A stretch of 41,557 bases of DNA from a virus: positions 1 through 41,557 of IMG/VR virus record IMGVR_UViG_3300050498_000076; one strand, given 5' to 3'. The position numbers and the translations under genes were made by a program. The notes under the pieces are model-generated. The model was not told the DNA's origin. It made no database searches and saw only the letters and a list, made by a program, of their open reading frames with translations. Positions 1-8,356 of this stretch are shown piece after piece (position 1 is the stretch's first letter; every line of letters begins with the position of its first letter).

Positions 1-936
1 GAAGCTCTTTTCGAAGAACTTCTGCAGCTTGGTGAGCATCTCGTTGTAAGGGAAGGGTGTCCAGGCTCGTGGGGTTGTGCCAAAATAAAGACCCGCCTCC
101 GCCAGGCTCAGTGTGTCGTTGGCTGCGAAGTCTGCGTCGGTCCATAACGCCATCAATAGGTTGTTTGAGTTGGATGGGATCGTGGCTGTCACCACGAAGT
201 TCGTCCAGGTTGTGGTGACGTCGCAGGCTACTGGGCTTCCGATCACTGCCAGGTTTGCTCCGAGTGTTGGGTGTGTCCCATCGGCGTTGTATGCCGAGAC
301 CAGGGCCGGGATCGTGTTGGCGGTGCCGGATGAGTTCAGCTCCACCAGTGCGATGTAGATCGTCTTGCTGGCGCTCGCCTTCATCTTCAGTTGGAATGAC
401 ATCGTTCGTCCCCGGAGTGGGATCGTGATATCAAACTCCAAGGGTTGAGCCATCAGGAACTTCCCGGCGTTGGTGATCTTCTTAAACTGCCCATAGTAAT
501 TGCTGCTCAGTCCTGCTTCGGCGCTGCCGTCTACTCGGATGTATTGAAGGTCGGCGGTTTCTCTCACGCACTTCCATTGGTCCGGTCCGTGTGTGTTGTC
601 CGGGACTGTGGTGAGTGCGACAGGGTTGAGCCTTTGCGCAAATTCAAACCCACCATTGAGCAGGTTGTTGGTTGGGTCTTCCACTTCAACCACTGGGAAT
701 TGCCAGCTCATCTTGGTCGCTGCTCCTGGGTCCCATGTTAGGGTTTGCCCTGGCGCCGATCCTCCTGGGACGATGACGGGTGTGCTTGGTCCGCTTGCGC
801 CGATCAGCTCACCGGCTGCCGTGAAGATGCTGGCGGAGATTCCCTGCTGCGTTCCGAAGTCGGCGACTTCGTAGACTGCGATCTGCTCGGTCGTCATCTC
901 AAAGTTGCCGACCACTTCGCTAACGATTAGGATCAT
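1..936 (-). CDS. Tail fibre / receptor-binding-like protein, N-terminal 312 codons; continues across the contig junction into 41202..41525 (419 aa in total)
   Basis: ATG at 936 overlaps the upstream stop (ATGA). I checked the minus frame triplet by triplet from 936 to 1 and found no stop. Positions 1..32 equal 41526..41557, and the frame runs directly into the 41202..41522 track ORF. It is the last gene of the structural operon. A PFPYNEMLTKLQKFFEKSF segment resembles a motif I associate with phage fibre proteins. Confidence 0.6.
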   Translation of the reverse strand, partial: MILIVSEVVGNFEMTTEQIAVYEVADFGTQQGISASIFTAAGELIGASGPSTPVIVPGGSAPGQTLTWDPGAATKMSWQFPVVEVEDPTNNLLNGGFEFAQRLNPVALTTVPDNTHGPDQWKCVRETADLQYIRVDGSAEAGLSSNYYGQFKKITNAGKFLMAQPLEFDITIPLRGRTMSFQLKMKASASKTIYIALVELNSSGTANTIPALVSAYNADGTHPTLGANLAVIGSPVACDVTTTWTNFVVTATIPSNSNNLLMALWTDADFAANDTLSLAEAGLYFGTTPRAWTPFPYNEMLTKLQKFFEKSF

Positions 937-1289
937 GGTATCAGCTCCACATCTCCGTAAAACGGGCAGGTCTTATCGTCGTTCGCATCGATGATGATGA
1001 TGTCGTAGGTGGCTCTGCTGAACTCCAGCTCGTCGACGACTTCCGATAATATTTCGAAGTCCATCCGGCCTGATGCGGGTGTGAGTGCGATCCCATCGCC
1101 GATCGTCAGCTGGATCATCTGGTCGCCGTTGGGTCTGTCTTTGATAGTAAGGATGACGTCCCACCCGGTGATGTCCCTTGGGGTGACCTGGTCGTCTTCC
1201 TTGGCGGTGATCGTCATGCGCCAGTCGGCTCCCTTCTTCATTCGTAGGTCGCGCTGCACTGGCATGGCTGCGGTGATCACTTGGGTCAT
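933..1289 (-). CDS. Hypothetical virion/tail-associated protein (118 aa)
   Basis: Track ORF with ATGA coupling at both ends. It lies between tail genes. No motif recognised. Confidence 0.7.
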   Translation of the reverse strand: MTQVITAAMPVQRDLRMKKGADWRMTITAKEDDQVTPRDITGWDVILTIKDRPNGDQMIQLTIGDGIALTPASGRMDFEILSEVVDELEFSRATYDIIIIDANDDKTCPFYGDVELIP

Positions 1290-1747
1290 ATGTGCATCTC
1301 TTTTCTAAGGAGTTGATAAACCGAATCCTTCGTCGGTGTCTGGTCTGTGAACCAGGCTATCAAAATCCAGCCTCGTTCCCTGGCGACGTTCTGCATCTCG
1401 AAGCGATCTTCCCTGTGCCCGGTGTGCCACACTCGACCCATCGGATCGAGTATGTAATAGATGGGTGCGTAAACGATGAAGTCTGCGACGTTCCCACCTC
1501 GGCGCCTGCGTCCACCGTTGAGTGGCACCTGGTAGTCCCATCCCCATCCGGTCATCTTCTCGATCTTCTCCAGTGCCAGGCTGGTCCAGTATTCATCCTT
1601 GCTGCCTGCCTTCTGGCCGCGGACAAAAAAGGGAGGCTGATCTGCCGGGTCCGTCAGCTTGGGCACTCGTGGCGATCTCTCTGGCCGCCTGACGTGCCCT
1701 GGCTTGGCGAATTCGAACAGCTTCTTCTTCTTCTTACTCAGCATCAT
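1286..1747 (-). CDS. Hypothetical protein with a Vsr/DUF559-like (PD-(D/E)xK) endonuclease-fold pattern (153 aa)
   Basis: Track ORF, ATGA-coupled. The pattern WDYQVPL..ADFIV..YILDPMGRVWH..REDRFEMQNVARERGWILIAWF matches the DUF559/Vsr layout (xQ..DF..hxhDxxGxxH..DxxR..L...GWxhhR) by eye. Confidence 0.5.
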   Translation of the reverse strand: MMLSKKKKKLFEFAKPGHVRRPERSPRVPKLTDPADQPPFFVRGQKAGSKDEYWTSLALEKIEKMTGWGWDYQVPLNGGRRRRGGNVADFIVYAPIYYILDPMGRVWHTGHREDRFEMQNVARERGWILIAWFTDQTPTKDSVYQLLRKEMHI

Positions 1748-4395
1748 GCTTCTTGGAGGCTGGCGGTGCAGATGAACAAGTTCTTCTTGAATTCGTTTCC
1801 GGTGTCATCGGCGAACCCGATCTGCCTGGTGGTAGGTGGGTTCAGGAAGATCATCCGGTCGTGCAGCAGTGGGCTGACGCTGTCAACGATTAACATCGAA
1901 TCGCTCGATGAGTCTGCCATGTCTTCCAGGATGCGCAGCTTCTCCATCGCCGTCCATGCTTCGTTGTCCTGGTTTGCGAGCATCGGCTCGTGGTCCATCA
2001 GTCGGAATTGCAGCGGGTACATATACTTGACGTCGGTTCGAAGCACTGTGCTGATGATCACTGCCAAAAGCACCGGCGTCTTTGTTCGGTCGGATGTGTA
2101 GCCTCGTATCCGCAGCTGCAGTCGCTTGGCTGCCAGTCCGTAGATGGGCGTGAGATCGATCCCTTGTGTCGGGCTCTCAGTGAAGGCGTCTGCGAAGGTT
2201 TCCCAGTCATCGTCCTGGTTCAGCCGGTAGTCCAGCTCAAGCCAGCAGACGTTGTTGCCGCTGCTGTCCACCTCGAGCCCCTCGGTCTGGAGTTTGATCA
2301 GCTTGACCATCTTCTGCACGTCAAACATCCCGCTGTGCATTCGGCTGGCCACCACTGCGAACTCGTGGGTGTAGTGGTAGCTGCTGTCTTCCAGCTCGTT
2401 TGCGGTTTCACTTGGGAATGGAATGTATAGCAGATCCGTTCCCTGGTAGACCCACATCCGGTCGACGGTTGTGCCTGGGATCACCTGGAAAGCCAGGGCG
2501 CCGATCGGCTGTCCGAGTGGTGCTCTGTATCTCTCGTGCCATCCGTCTGAGTCCATGATCGACGAGTAACCTGAGTACCCTGCGTTGACTGCTATAAAGA
2601 ACTTGCCGGGGTATCCAAGCATTGCGACCACGGGTCCTCGCCGGTTCTCTGGTAAGCCTTCACCCAGGTTGGGTCCGAAGTCATCAAACTGCCCGTTGTA
2701 ATATTTTTGCAGTCCCTGCTGCAAACTAAAAATGAGATAGACGTTGTGCATCAGCAGTGCCTTCCCGTTGTTGGGGCTGCGCACGTTCTTCATCTCCGGC
2801 AGGTTGACTGGGTAAGGGTTGCCGGTGCCTGGCGCAATGAACGGGATGTCGGTCTTGAAAATCCAGACCGCTTCCACTCCGCCTGTGTCCGGGTATACGA
2901 TCATGCCGTTGATCTTGCGGTACCTACTATCAATTGCGACTGCTGCAGCGAAGGTGTGCAGTCCGGTTGCCCATTCGACTGGGTCGGCGAGTGCGATCGA
3001 TACGTTCCCGGAGGCGTCAGAGTTGTTGGCTTTGACGATCTTCTGCGCCTGGGGTTTGTATTCCAGGAAGACCGCCTTGTTGCCGGTGTCGTCACGGAAC
3101 TCCCTGGTCCACGTGCCTGCGTTGTTGTATTCCCGCATCCAGCGGATCACCACTGAATCGCCTTGGGCAAACATCACGATCCCTTTGGTGGTCACCAGCA
3201 CGTCGGTGACTGGGGCGGTGAGCCCATGGCCGGTGATCTCTGTGATCCCTGGATCGAGCAAAACGTAAACGGTCGACGTGGTGTGTGTGATGGTCCAGTT
3301 GGTATCGACCTGCAGGTAATTGGTCCCGTTGGCTGTGACTGTCCGCCAGGGTTGCACCTCGTCCTTGCCTGGTCCGTCGATCACCATCACGATCGCTCCG
3401 GTCTTGGCGTTGAGCGTCCAGTTCTTCGTGGCATCGTTCAGCCTGTTCAGCTGGCCGGAGTTGGAATCGGCGCTGCCGCGATCGCCTGCGATGTATAGCT
3501 TCGGTGCTCCACTCGCTGCTGATATAACGAAGTACTGCTGTTCCTGGTACTCGAACGGGATGCAGGTCTTGGTGGAATCGAAGTCGGTGATCCTATAGTA
3601 AAGGTCAAACGCTGCCGCTGTTGGGGTTGGGGTGAAGGCGCCTGATGTGTACGTGGTTCCAGCTGCGTCGCTCACTGCGATCATCCAGTGGTTGTCATCG
3701 TTGTCGCTCGCATCGGCGATGACTAGGACCCAGTAGTAAGTCAGGTTGGTCAGTGCCTGGTTGCCGGTGTATGCCTGGTTGACCCACTCGGAGAGCACGT
3801 CGTCGAGTGCCGTGTATGGGATGCTGGCTGCCACCAGCTGGCTGCCTGGTGCTCCGGCGCTGTCCGAGAAAATTGCCACCGATACGTTGGCAGGCTTCCC
3901 TTTGATCCGGGTGAGTATCCAGGCTCTGTATGCTGTGAAGCTCTTGTCTGCCTGGATGCGTTTGTAAATCCTTCGCCGTTCGCCGGTGAGTTTATGCCAG
4001 GTCACGTTGCCTGGTATGTTCTGCAGGTAGTTCCTGCCGTTGACGTATGTCTCTTGCGGTCCTGCGAACACCATGTTGGGTCGCCCGGATCGGGCTCGGT
4101 AGCTGTCCAGGTACTTGGTGGTGTCGCGTTCGAAGTCCTTGTTGCCTCGTCCGCCTGAGTAGTCATCCTGGACCACTGGGCTGTATGGGTAGTCGTACTG
4201 TTCGTAGCTGCTGGTGCCGCTGGTCTGCTTCTGTGCAGTGGTTTCGACTGGCACCTTCATAAAGCTGGTCGGTCCCTTGAGTGGTCTGCCTTGCTCGTCG
4301 CAGAGGATCAGTCCGACCTTCTCTCCATTGCGGTTGCGGATCGCCACGTGATGGGTTGGGTTGGGCTCGGTGGGTGAGCATTTGATTTGGTTCAT
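1744..4395 (-). CDS. Large tail structural protein (883 aa; nozzle / tail-tubular-B-like by size and position)
   Basis: Long track ORF inside the structural operon, downstream of capsid and the adaptor-like gene. The functional label rests on position and size only. Confidence 0.6.
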   Translation of the reverse strand: MNQIKCSPTEPNPTHHVAIRNRNGEKVGLILCDEQGRPLKGPTSFMKVPVETTAQKQTSGTSSYEQYDYPYSPVVQDDYSGGRGNKDFERDTTKYLDSYRARSGRPNMVFAGPQETYVNGRNYLQNIPGNVTWHKLTGERRRIYKRIQADKSFTAYRAWILTRIKGKPANVSVAIFSDSAGAPGSQLVAASIPYTALDDVLSEWVNQAYTGNQALTNLTYYWVLVIADASDNDDNHWMIAVSDAAGTTYTSGAFTPTPTAAAFDLYYRITDFDSTKTCIPFEYQEQQYFVISAASGAPKLYIAGDRGSADSNSGQLNRLNDATKNWTLNAKTGAIVMVIDGPGKDEVQPWRTVTANGTNYLQVDTNWTITHTTSTVYVLLDPGITEITGHGLTAPVTDVLVTTKGIVMFAQGDSVVIRWMREYNNAGTWTREFRDDTGNKAVFLEYKPQAQKIVKANNSDASGNVSIALADPVEWATGLHTFAAAVAIDSRYRKINGMIVYPDTGGVEAVWIFKTDIPFIAPGTGNPYPVNLPEMKNVRSPNNGKALLMHNVYLIFSLQQGLQKYYNGQFDDFGPNLGEGLPENRRGPVVAMLGYPGKFFIAVNAGYSGYSSIMDSDGWHERYRAPLGQPIGALAFQVIPGTTVDRMWVYQGTDLLYIPFPSETANELEDSSYHYTHEFAVVASRMHSGMFDVQKMVKLIKLQTEGLEVDSSGNNVCWLELDYRLNQDDDWETFADAFTESPTQGIDLTPIYGLAAKRLQLRIRGYTSDRTKTPVLLAVIISTVLRTDVKYMYPLQFRLMDHEPMLANQDNEAWTAMEKLRILEDMADSSSDSMLIVDSVSPLLHDRMIFLNPPTTRQIGFADDTGNEFKKNLFICTASLQEA

Positions 4396-4399
4396 GCCA

Positions 4400-5179
4400 T
4401 CACCCTGCGTGCATCATCACGAGCGGGTCCCTGGGTCGGAGGGTCTTCAGCTCCTGCATGGCTCGGTTCAGTCGTTCTTCGATGCGGTAATCGTTGGCGG
4501 CTCCGTAGCTTCCCACTGCCCAGTAAAGGGCGTATTCTGCTGCCTTCCACTTGAGCCATGTGTCCCTGATCTGCTCGCTGATCTGGTCATCGTAATCGAC
4601 CAGGTCCGGGTGATCCTGCCTGGTGTAGATGTGTATCTTCCACCCGGTGGATGGCGGGTACCCGCTATCAAATATGATCTGACCGTCGCGCTCCCTGGAG
4701 TGGGCTGATTCGAATATTTGGGTTTCGTCGGTCGGATGCTCCAGCTCCACTCGGACCACCTTATTGAAGCCATCCGGGATGTCAAACTTCAGCGATGTGC
4801 CGTCGCCCAGGATGTCTGCCGGTGGTGTGCTCACCGCTTCCTTAACGATGAAGGTATCGGTCAGTGCCAGATTGATCGCCGACACCAGCTGCTCGTGTGG
4901 GTAGACGGCTCGTGCGACTGCGTACCCATTTCCGGCTGCGATCGCCGGGGTCACCGTGTCAATGGTCAGCTTGTTCCCGTAGTGCTTGGTGACGAAGAAT
5001 ACTTTTCCGGCGTGGCTGCCGGTGAGCATCCAGAGTGTGCCTCGATCGAAGTGTTGGTTGCCCATGATGATCTTCTTCGGGTCCGTCAGGGTGGTGGCGG
5101 TCCCTGCCTGCGCTGTGCCCCTGGTCACTTCCATCAAAAGTGAAGCCACCCGGAGTGTCATGGCTGATAGGGTTGTCAT
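4400..5179 (-). CDS. Virion structural protein (259 aa; head-tail adaptor / tail-tubular-A-like position)
   Basis: Track ORF with ATG at 5179, immediately upstream of the 883-aa tail gene. No motif recognised. Confidence 0.55.
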   Translation of the reverse strand: MTTLSAMTLRVASLLMEVTRGTAQAGTATTLTDPKKIIMGNQHFDRGTLWMLTGSHAGKVFFVTKHYGNKLTIDTVTPAIAAGNGYAVARAVYPHEQLVSAINLALTDTFIVKEAVSTPPADILGDGTSLKFDIPDGFNKVVRVELEHPTDETQIFESAHSRERDGQIIFDSGYPPSTGWKIHIYTRQDHPDLVDYDDQISEQIRDTWLKWKAAEYALYWAVGSYGAANDYRIEERLNRAMQELKTLRPRDPLVMMHAG

Positions 5180-5194
5180 GTCTACCTCGGTTGG

Positions 5195-5226
5195 TAAAAG
5201 ACCGGGATGCGCTCAGGCATCCCGGT
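5195..5226 (-). terminator. Rho-independent-type hairpin after the head genes
   Basis: Perfect 10-bp stem (accgggatgc / gcatcccggt, 5201..5226) with a 6-nt loop. It is followed on the minus strand by CTTTT. It sits between the 118-aa head gene and the adaptor-like gene. Confidence 0.5.
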
Positions 5227-5243
5227 TGTATTGTTGGCTTACT

Positions 5244-5600
5244 TTAGGTGGCCTTGTTGGCGCGGTTCGCTGGATCGATCCAGATTTTGACGCCTCCGAA
5301 GTCGGCTCCGGCTCCGGTCACGTCCAGCTTCACCTGGACGTACTCTAGCTTGGTGTAGAACGGGATCGAGTAAAAGCCGACCGCTGCGATCTGCTTCATG
5401 AACATGTTGTATTCCTGCGTGGTAGATGATGCTTCCTTGCAGAACTCCAGCTCGATGTCAAGGGTGGACCCACCCACAAATGCGGGCACGTAAACGTGAA
5501 GCCATAGCGGGTGATCCATCGGGCCGATCTTGAACGTGGTGAGGGTGGCATCGGCGGTCAGGGCTGCTGATCCGTCACGAAGAACTAAGTTGGTATCCAT
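5244..5600 (-). CDS. Hypothetical head-associated protein (118 aa)
   Basis: Track ORF directly downstream of the major capsid gene, with a GGAG RBS upstream. Confidence 0.6.
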   Translation of the reverse strand: MDTNLVLRDGSAALTADATLTTFKIGPMDHPLWLHVYVPAFVGGSTLDIELEFCKEASSTTQEYNMFMKQIAAVGFYSIPFYTKLEYVQVKLDVTGAGADFGGVKIWIDPANRANKAT

Positions 5601-5651
5601 TGTGTGATCTCCTATGATCTGGTGTCAGGTAGGTAGGTGGTGCTCTGCCTG

Positions 5652-6623
5652 TTACGCAGATTGCAAGTTGTAAGCCCGACCGATGGCGCGTGGGTGGTTG
5701 ATATAAAGCCCGGCGCTTCCACGGACCACTGTGCGGTAATGGGTGCGGTTCTCCAGCAGGCCGACGTCGTCAGCGAATGGTTCTTCCTGGCACCAGCCAG
5801 CGACGTAGGGCTCCCCGAAGCGCACGACGAACAGGCTGCTCTTGGTGCTGCCGGTGAGTGCCGTTCCGTTGGCGAGTTCCGTGTCCGGCATGATCTGCGT
5901 GGTCTGATCGACCTTGCGCCCGATCTCCACGATTTTTGGGCCACCCTTGCCGTATGTTATGAACTGCCGACCGAGTTGGTCTGTCGTGGTGTCGAGCAGG
6001 TTGGATGATCGCATTGCGGATTGTGCTCGGCGATAGGTTTTCTTCCCCATGAATATGACCTTGTCTGCCGGGTTGCCATCGACCACGTCGAGCGTTTCGT
6101 CGATGACATCAAACAGCTTGTGCTGCCAGCTGGCGACTGCCGTGTCTGGTGAGATATCCAAGGCACCGGCGTCGATGGATTGCTCGGCGAGGAAATCGTT
6201 GATCAGTCGGTAGTGCAGTCCGACCAGACCGTCGACGTCCACTGCCGGTGATCCAAGGAAGAAGCTCTCGTTGAACTTGTACGCCACCCCTTTCATGATG
6301 GCTTCTTCCTGGGCGGCTCGAACGTCCACCAGGCTGTTGGCTTTGACGTACTCGTAGGGCACGTCGATCTTGGCTCCCATGAAGTAGAGTCTTTCCTCCT
6401 GGTCTTCGGGCTCTACCTTCAGATCAGTGAAGGCTGCGCCGACCTTGCGCCAGGGCACTTCCGGGATTTCGTTGAAGCGTTTGATCTTCTCTACGAGTTG
6501 ATCAGACGTTTTGAAGCTGAGGTCTTCCAGGATGGGGCTGGCTTCCCGCCAGGTCCTGATGACTGCAGCTGTGATGGGTGTCGCTGTGCGTTCGTAATCC
6601 GCCAGCGTGAATTCGTTTGCCAT
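5652..6623 (-). CDS. Major capsid protein (323 aa)
   Basis: Track ORF with RBS aaaGGAGcctgcacaATG. It follows a scaffold-like gene, and its size and composition are typical of HK97-fold capsid proteins. Family not verified by search. Confidence 0.72.
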   Translation of the reverse strand: MANEFTLADYERTATPITAAVIRTWREASPILEDLSFKTSDQLVEKIKRFNEIPEVPWRKVGAAFTDLKVEPEDQEERLYFMGAKIDVPYEYVKANSLVDVRAAQEEAIMKGVAYKFNESFFLGSPAVDVDGLVGLHYRLINDFLAEQSIDAGALDISPDTAVASWQHKLFDVIDETLDVVDGNPADKVIFMGKKTYRRAQSAMRSSNLLDTTTDQLGRQFITYGKGGPKIVEIGRKVDQTTQIMPDTELANGTALTGSTKSSLFVVRFGEPYVAGWCQEEPFADDVGLLENRTHYRTVVRGSAGLYINHPRAIGRAYNLQSA

Positions 6624-6673
6624 TGTGCAGGCTCCTTTGCATTGTTAGTTGCTCCGGTCCTGCTGCCTGCTAT

Positions 6674-7303
6674 TTACGTTTTGCGATGGGCGTCCCTGAA
6701 CATCTGGTGCCCAGACTTCGCAGGTGCTTGACCGGATGGTTGTCCGTCGCTGATTACTCTAGCGTCGGCGGTTTGGCTCTGCGAGGCTGTTCGTTGTCGC
6801 TTGGCTTCGATGGCTTTGAATACTGTGCGCTGGTAGGCGATGATGTTCCCTTGGGGATCGTCGAGTGCGGCTTTGACTTGTGCCCACTCTGGATCGTTCT
6901 GAGTGACCGTCACACCTTCCAGCTTGTATGTTTCCATCGTCCAGTCGTAGACGGGGTTGCCGCCGACAAACCCTGGTGTGGGTTCTTCTGGCGGCTCCTG
7001 CGTGTTCAGCTGATCGATCTCAGCTTCTACTTGTTCACGCAGCTTTACCTTCTGCTCTGCATTGAGTGGGGTCGACGTAAGACCTTCGATGCTCGTTGCC
7101 AGTGCAGTGACCCTGGCTTCGACTGCTTGGGCTCGCGACTTGGCAGATTGTTGGGCTCGGCGAAATCCTTCTTCGACGGCTGCTGCCATTTCTTCCTTAG
7201 TGACAAACTGCTGCTCAGTCTGCTGCTCCTGGGTCGCTGCGGCTGGCGCAGGCTTTGGCTCTGGAGTGGTTGATGCAGTCTGATTGGGCAAAGTGTTACC
7301 CAT
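6674..7303 (-). CDS. Scaffolding-like protein (209 aa)
   Basis: Track ORF with a GGAGG RBS. It is rich in Q, E and A, has a predicted coiled-coil centre, and lies immediately upstream of the capsid gene. Confidence 0.6.
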   Translation of the reverse strand: MGNTLPNQTASTTPEPKPAPAAATQEQQTEQQFVTKEEMAAAVEEGFRRAQQSAKSRAQAVEARVTALATSIEGLTSTPLNAEQKVKLREQVEAEIDQLNTQEPPEEPTPGFVGGNPVYDWTMETYKLEGVTVTQNDPEWAQVKAALDDPQGNIIAYQRTVFKAIEAKRQRTASQSQTADARVISDGQPSGQAPAKSGHQMFRDAHRKT

Positions 7304-7328
7304 GTGGAATGCCTCCTGTCCTGGAGAT

Positions 7329-7359
7329 AAAAAAAAGGGACCGCACTTGGGGCGATCCC
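7329..7359 (-). terminator. Leader terminator A2
   Basis: In minus sense there is an 8-10 bp stem (GGGAUCGC/GCGGUCCC, one G-U pair) followed by U8. It lies 25 nt upstream of the scaffold ATG. Confidence 0.6.
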
Positions 7360-7363
7360 TTGT

Positions 7364-7395
7364 AAAAATAACGGGACCGCGTCGTGGGTCCCGTT
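7364..7395 (-). terminator. Leader terminator A1
   Basis: In minus sense there is a 9-bp stem (AACGGGACC/GGUCCCGUU) with an 8-nt loop, followed by AUUUUUA. Its 5' arm overlaps the conserved 25-nt box. Confidence 0.6.
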
Positions 7396-7412
7396 TCTCT
7401 GTCTGCCGGACT
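7388..7412 (-). promoter_or_regulatory. Conserved 25-nt leader box, copy A (AGTCCGGCAGACAGAGAAACGGGAC in minus sense)
   Basis: 24 of 25 positions are identical to 32143..32167. Both copies lie just downstream of a TGcTATAAT element and upstream of terminator hairpins. Confidence 0.5.
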
Positions 7413-7429
7413 ATTTTAGTATGCCCGGC

Positions 7430-7438
7430 ATTATAGCA
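7430..7438 (-). promoter_or_regulatory. Extended -10 promoter element TGcTATAAT (late operon 2)
   Basis: The minus strand reads TGCTATAAT. The same 9-mer is found at 32195..32203. Confidence 0.5.
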
Positions 7439-7528
7439 TAGTTTCCTTCCCGATCGCTTGCATCACCATTGCTGGCGTGGCCAGCTCGTGGCATGCCGCA
7501 TCGCCGTCGCCGGTGGTAGGATCCGGAA

Positions 7529-7777
7529 TCAGTCGTCTTCGTCGACGTGCTCATCGCCTTCGATCATTGACATGAAGTCGTCGCTGTATAAGCTGTGTTC
7601 GAACTCCGGGAAGAGTTCCCGGTGCAGCTGGTCCACTTCATGCAGCTGCGCTGCGATCCCTGCCAGTCGTTCAGGTGTGGGTCCGACTGTCATCACTTGA
7701 TACGCACTCCACCATAAAACTTGCAGCTTGGATATCAAGATGGTTGACTTCATTCGGAAGTCCGGTTGGTTTAACAT
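7529..7777 (-). CDS. Hypothetical protein with an acidic C-terminus (82 aa)
   Basis: Track ORF with a strong RBS, aaaaGGAGTAGCtATG. Confidence 0.65.
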   Translation of the reverse strand: MLNQPDFRMKSTILISKLQVLWWSAYQVMTVGPTPERLAGIAAQLHEVDQLHRELFPEFEHSLYSDDFMSMIEGDEHVDEDD

Positions 7778-7937
7778 AGCTACTCCTTTTAGAATTATTT
7801 AAGGTGATTTGCCTCACGTTAAATCCCAGGTATCACGGTGTGCCTTGCCTTCACTGCGTGCAACCTGGGGCTTCCTGTGGGCACGAATTTCGGCCAACAC
7901 CACCGAAAATGGTGATAGCTCCGGAGTTTCACGCATT

Positions 7938-8219
7938 TTACTCATCGGCGCCGAGCAGACTTAATTCATTCCGATAGCAGCCTGGGCAGACCCTGCCGCC
8001 GTCCGGGAAGGGTGAGTCCTTCATCTCACCTGTCTTCACTAAAACGTGGCACTCGCTGCAGGTCCCTTGCCATTCTGCGGCTGGTCGGAACTCCCTGCAG
8101 TGCATGCAAACGAATCCACTGCCGTCGCGTTTCCTTAGCCATCCGTGTTCGTTCTCAAAGCAGACTGCTTCGATCATGTTGTTGCTCCGGCATTTGTATC
8201 GGGTGGTCGCCTTGGGCAT
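7938..8219 (-). CDS. Cys-rich (putative Zn-binding) small protein (93 aa)
   Basis: Track ORF with several CxxC pairs (CMHC, CSEC, CPGC). Confidence 0.6.
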   Translation of the reverse strand: MPKATTRYKCRSNNMIEAVCFENEHGWLRKRDGSGFVCMHCREFRPAAEWQGTCSECHVLVKTGEMKDSPFPDGGRVCPGCYRNELSLLGADE

Positions 8220-8356
8220 TTCTTCATGTGGTTGTCCCGCTCGCCTCTCTCAAAGAACCGTTTGTTGCACCACCAGCAGAACCAGGCCGCCGGTCTGATG
8301 GTTCCACCGATTCCCCTGATGACCTTTCCCTTTCGCACGCTGATGATCCTAACCAT
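8174..8356 (-). CDS. C2HC zinc-finger-like small protein (60 aa)
   Basis: Track ORF with ATG at 8356 preceded by aaaGGAGTAGCcaATG. Contains the pattern CWWCNKRFFERGERDNHMKKC (C-x2-C-x12-H-x4-C). It overlaps its neighbours by 8 and 46 nt. Confidence 0.55.
   Translation of the reverse strand: MVRIISVRKGKVIRGIGGTIRPAAWFCWWCNKRFFERGERDNHMKKCPRRPPDTNAGATT

Noticed and set aside
113-930. Four plus-strand track ORFs (81, 98, 93 and 61 aa)
   Set aside because: They lie antisense to a continuous 312-codon minus-strand reading frame that joins the 41202..41525 ORF across the circular junction. They have no RBS, start at non-ATG codons and have Cys/Arg/Ser-rich shadow-like composition.
7778-7937. Possible tRNA, ncRNA or promoter in the 160-nt gap between the 93-aa and 82-aa genes
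   Set aside because: No cloverleaf-compatible sequence, no convincing -35/-10 pair and only weak 4-bp stems were found by eye.
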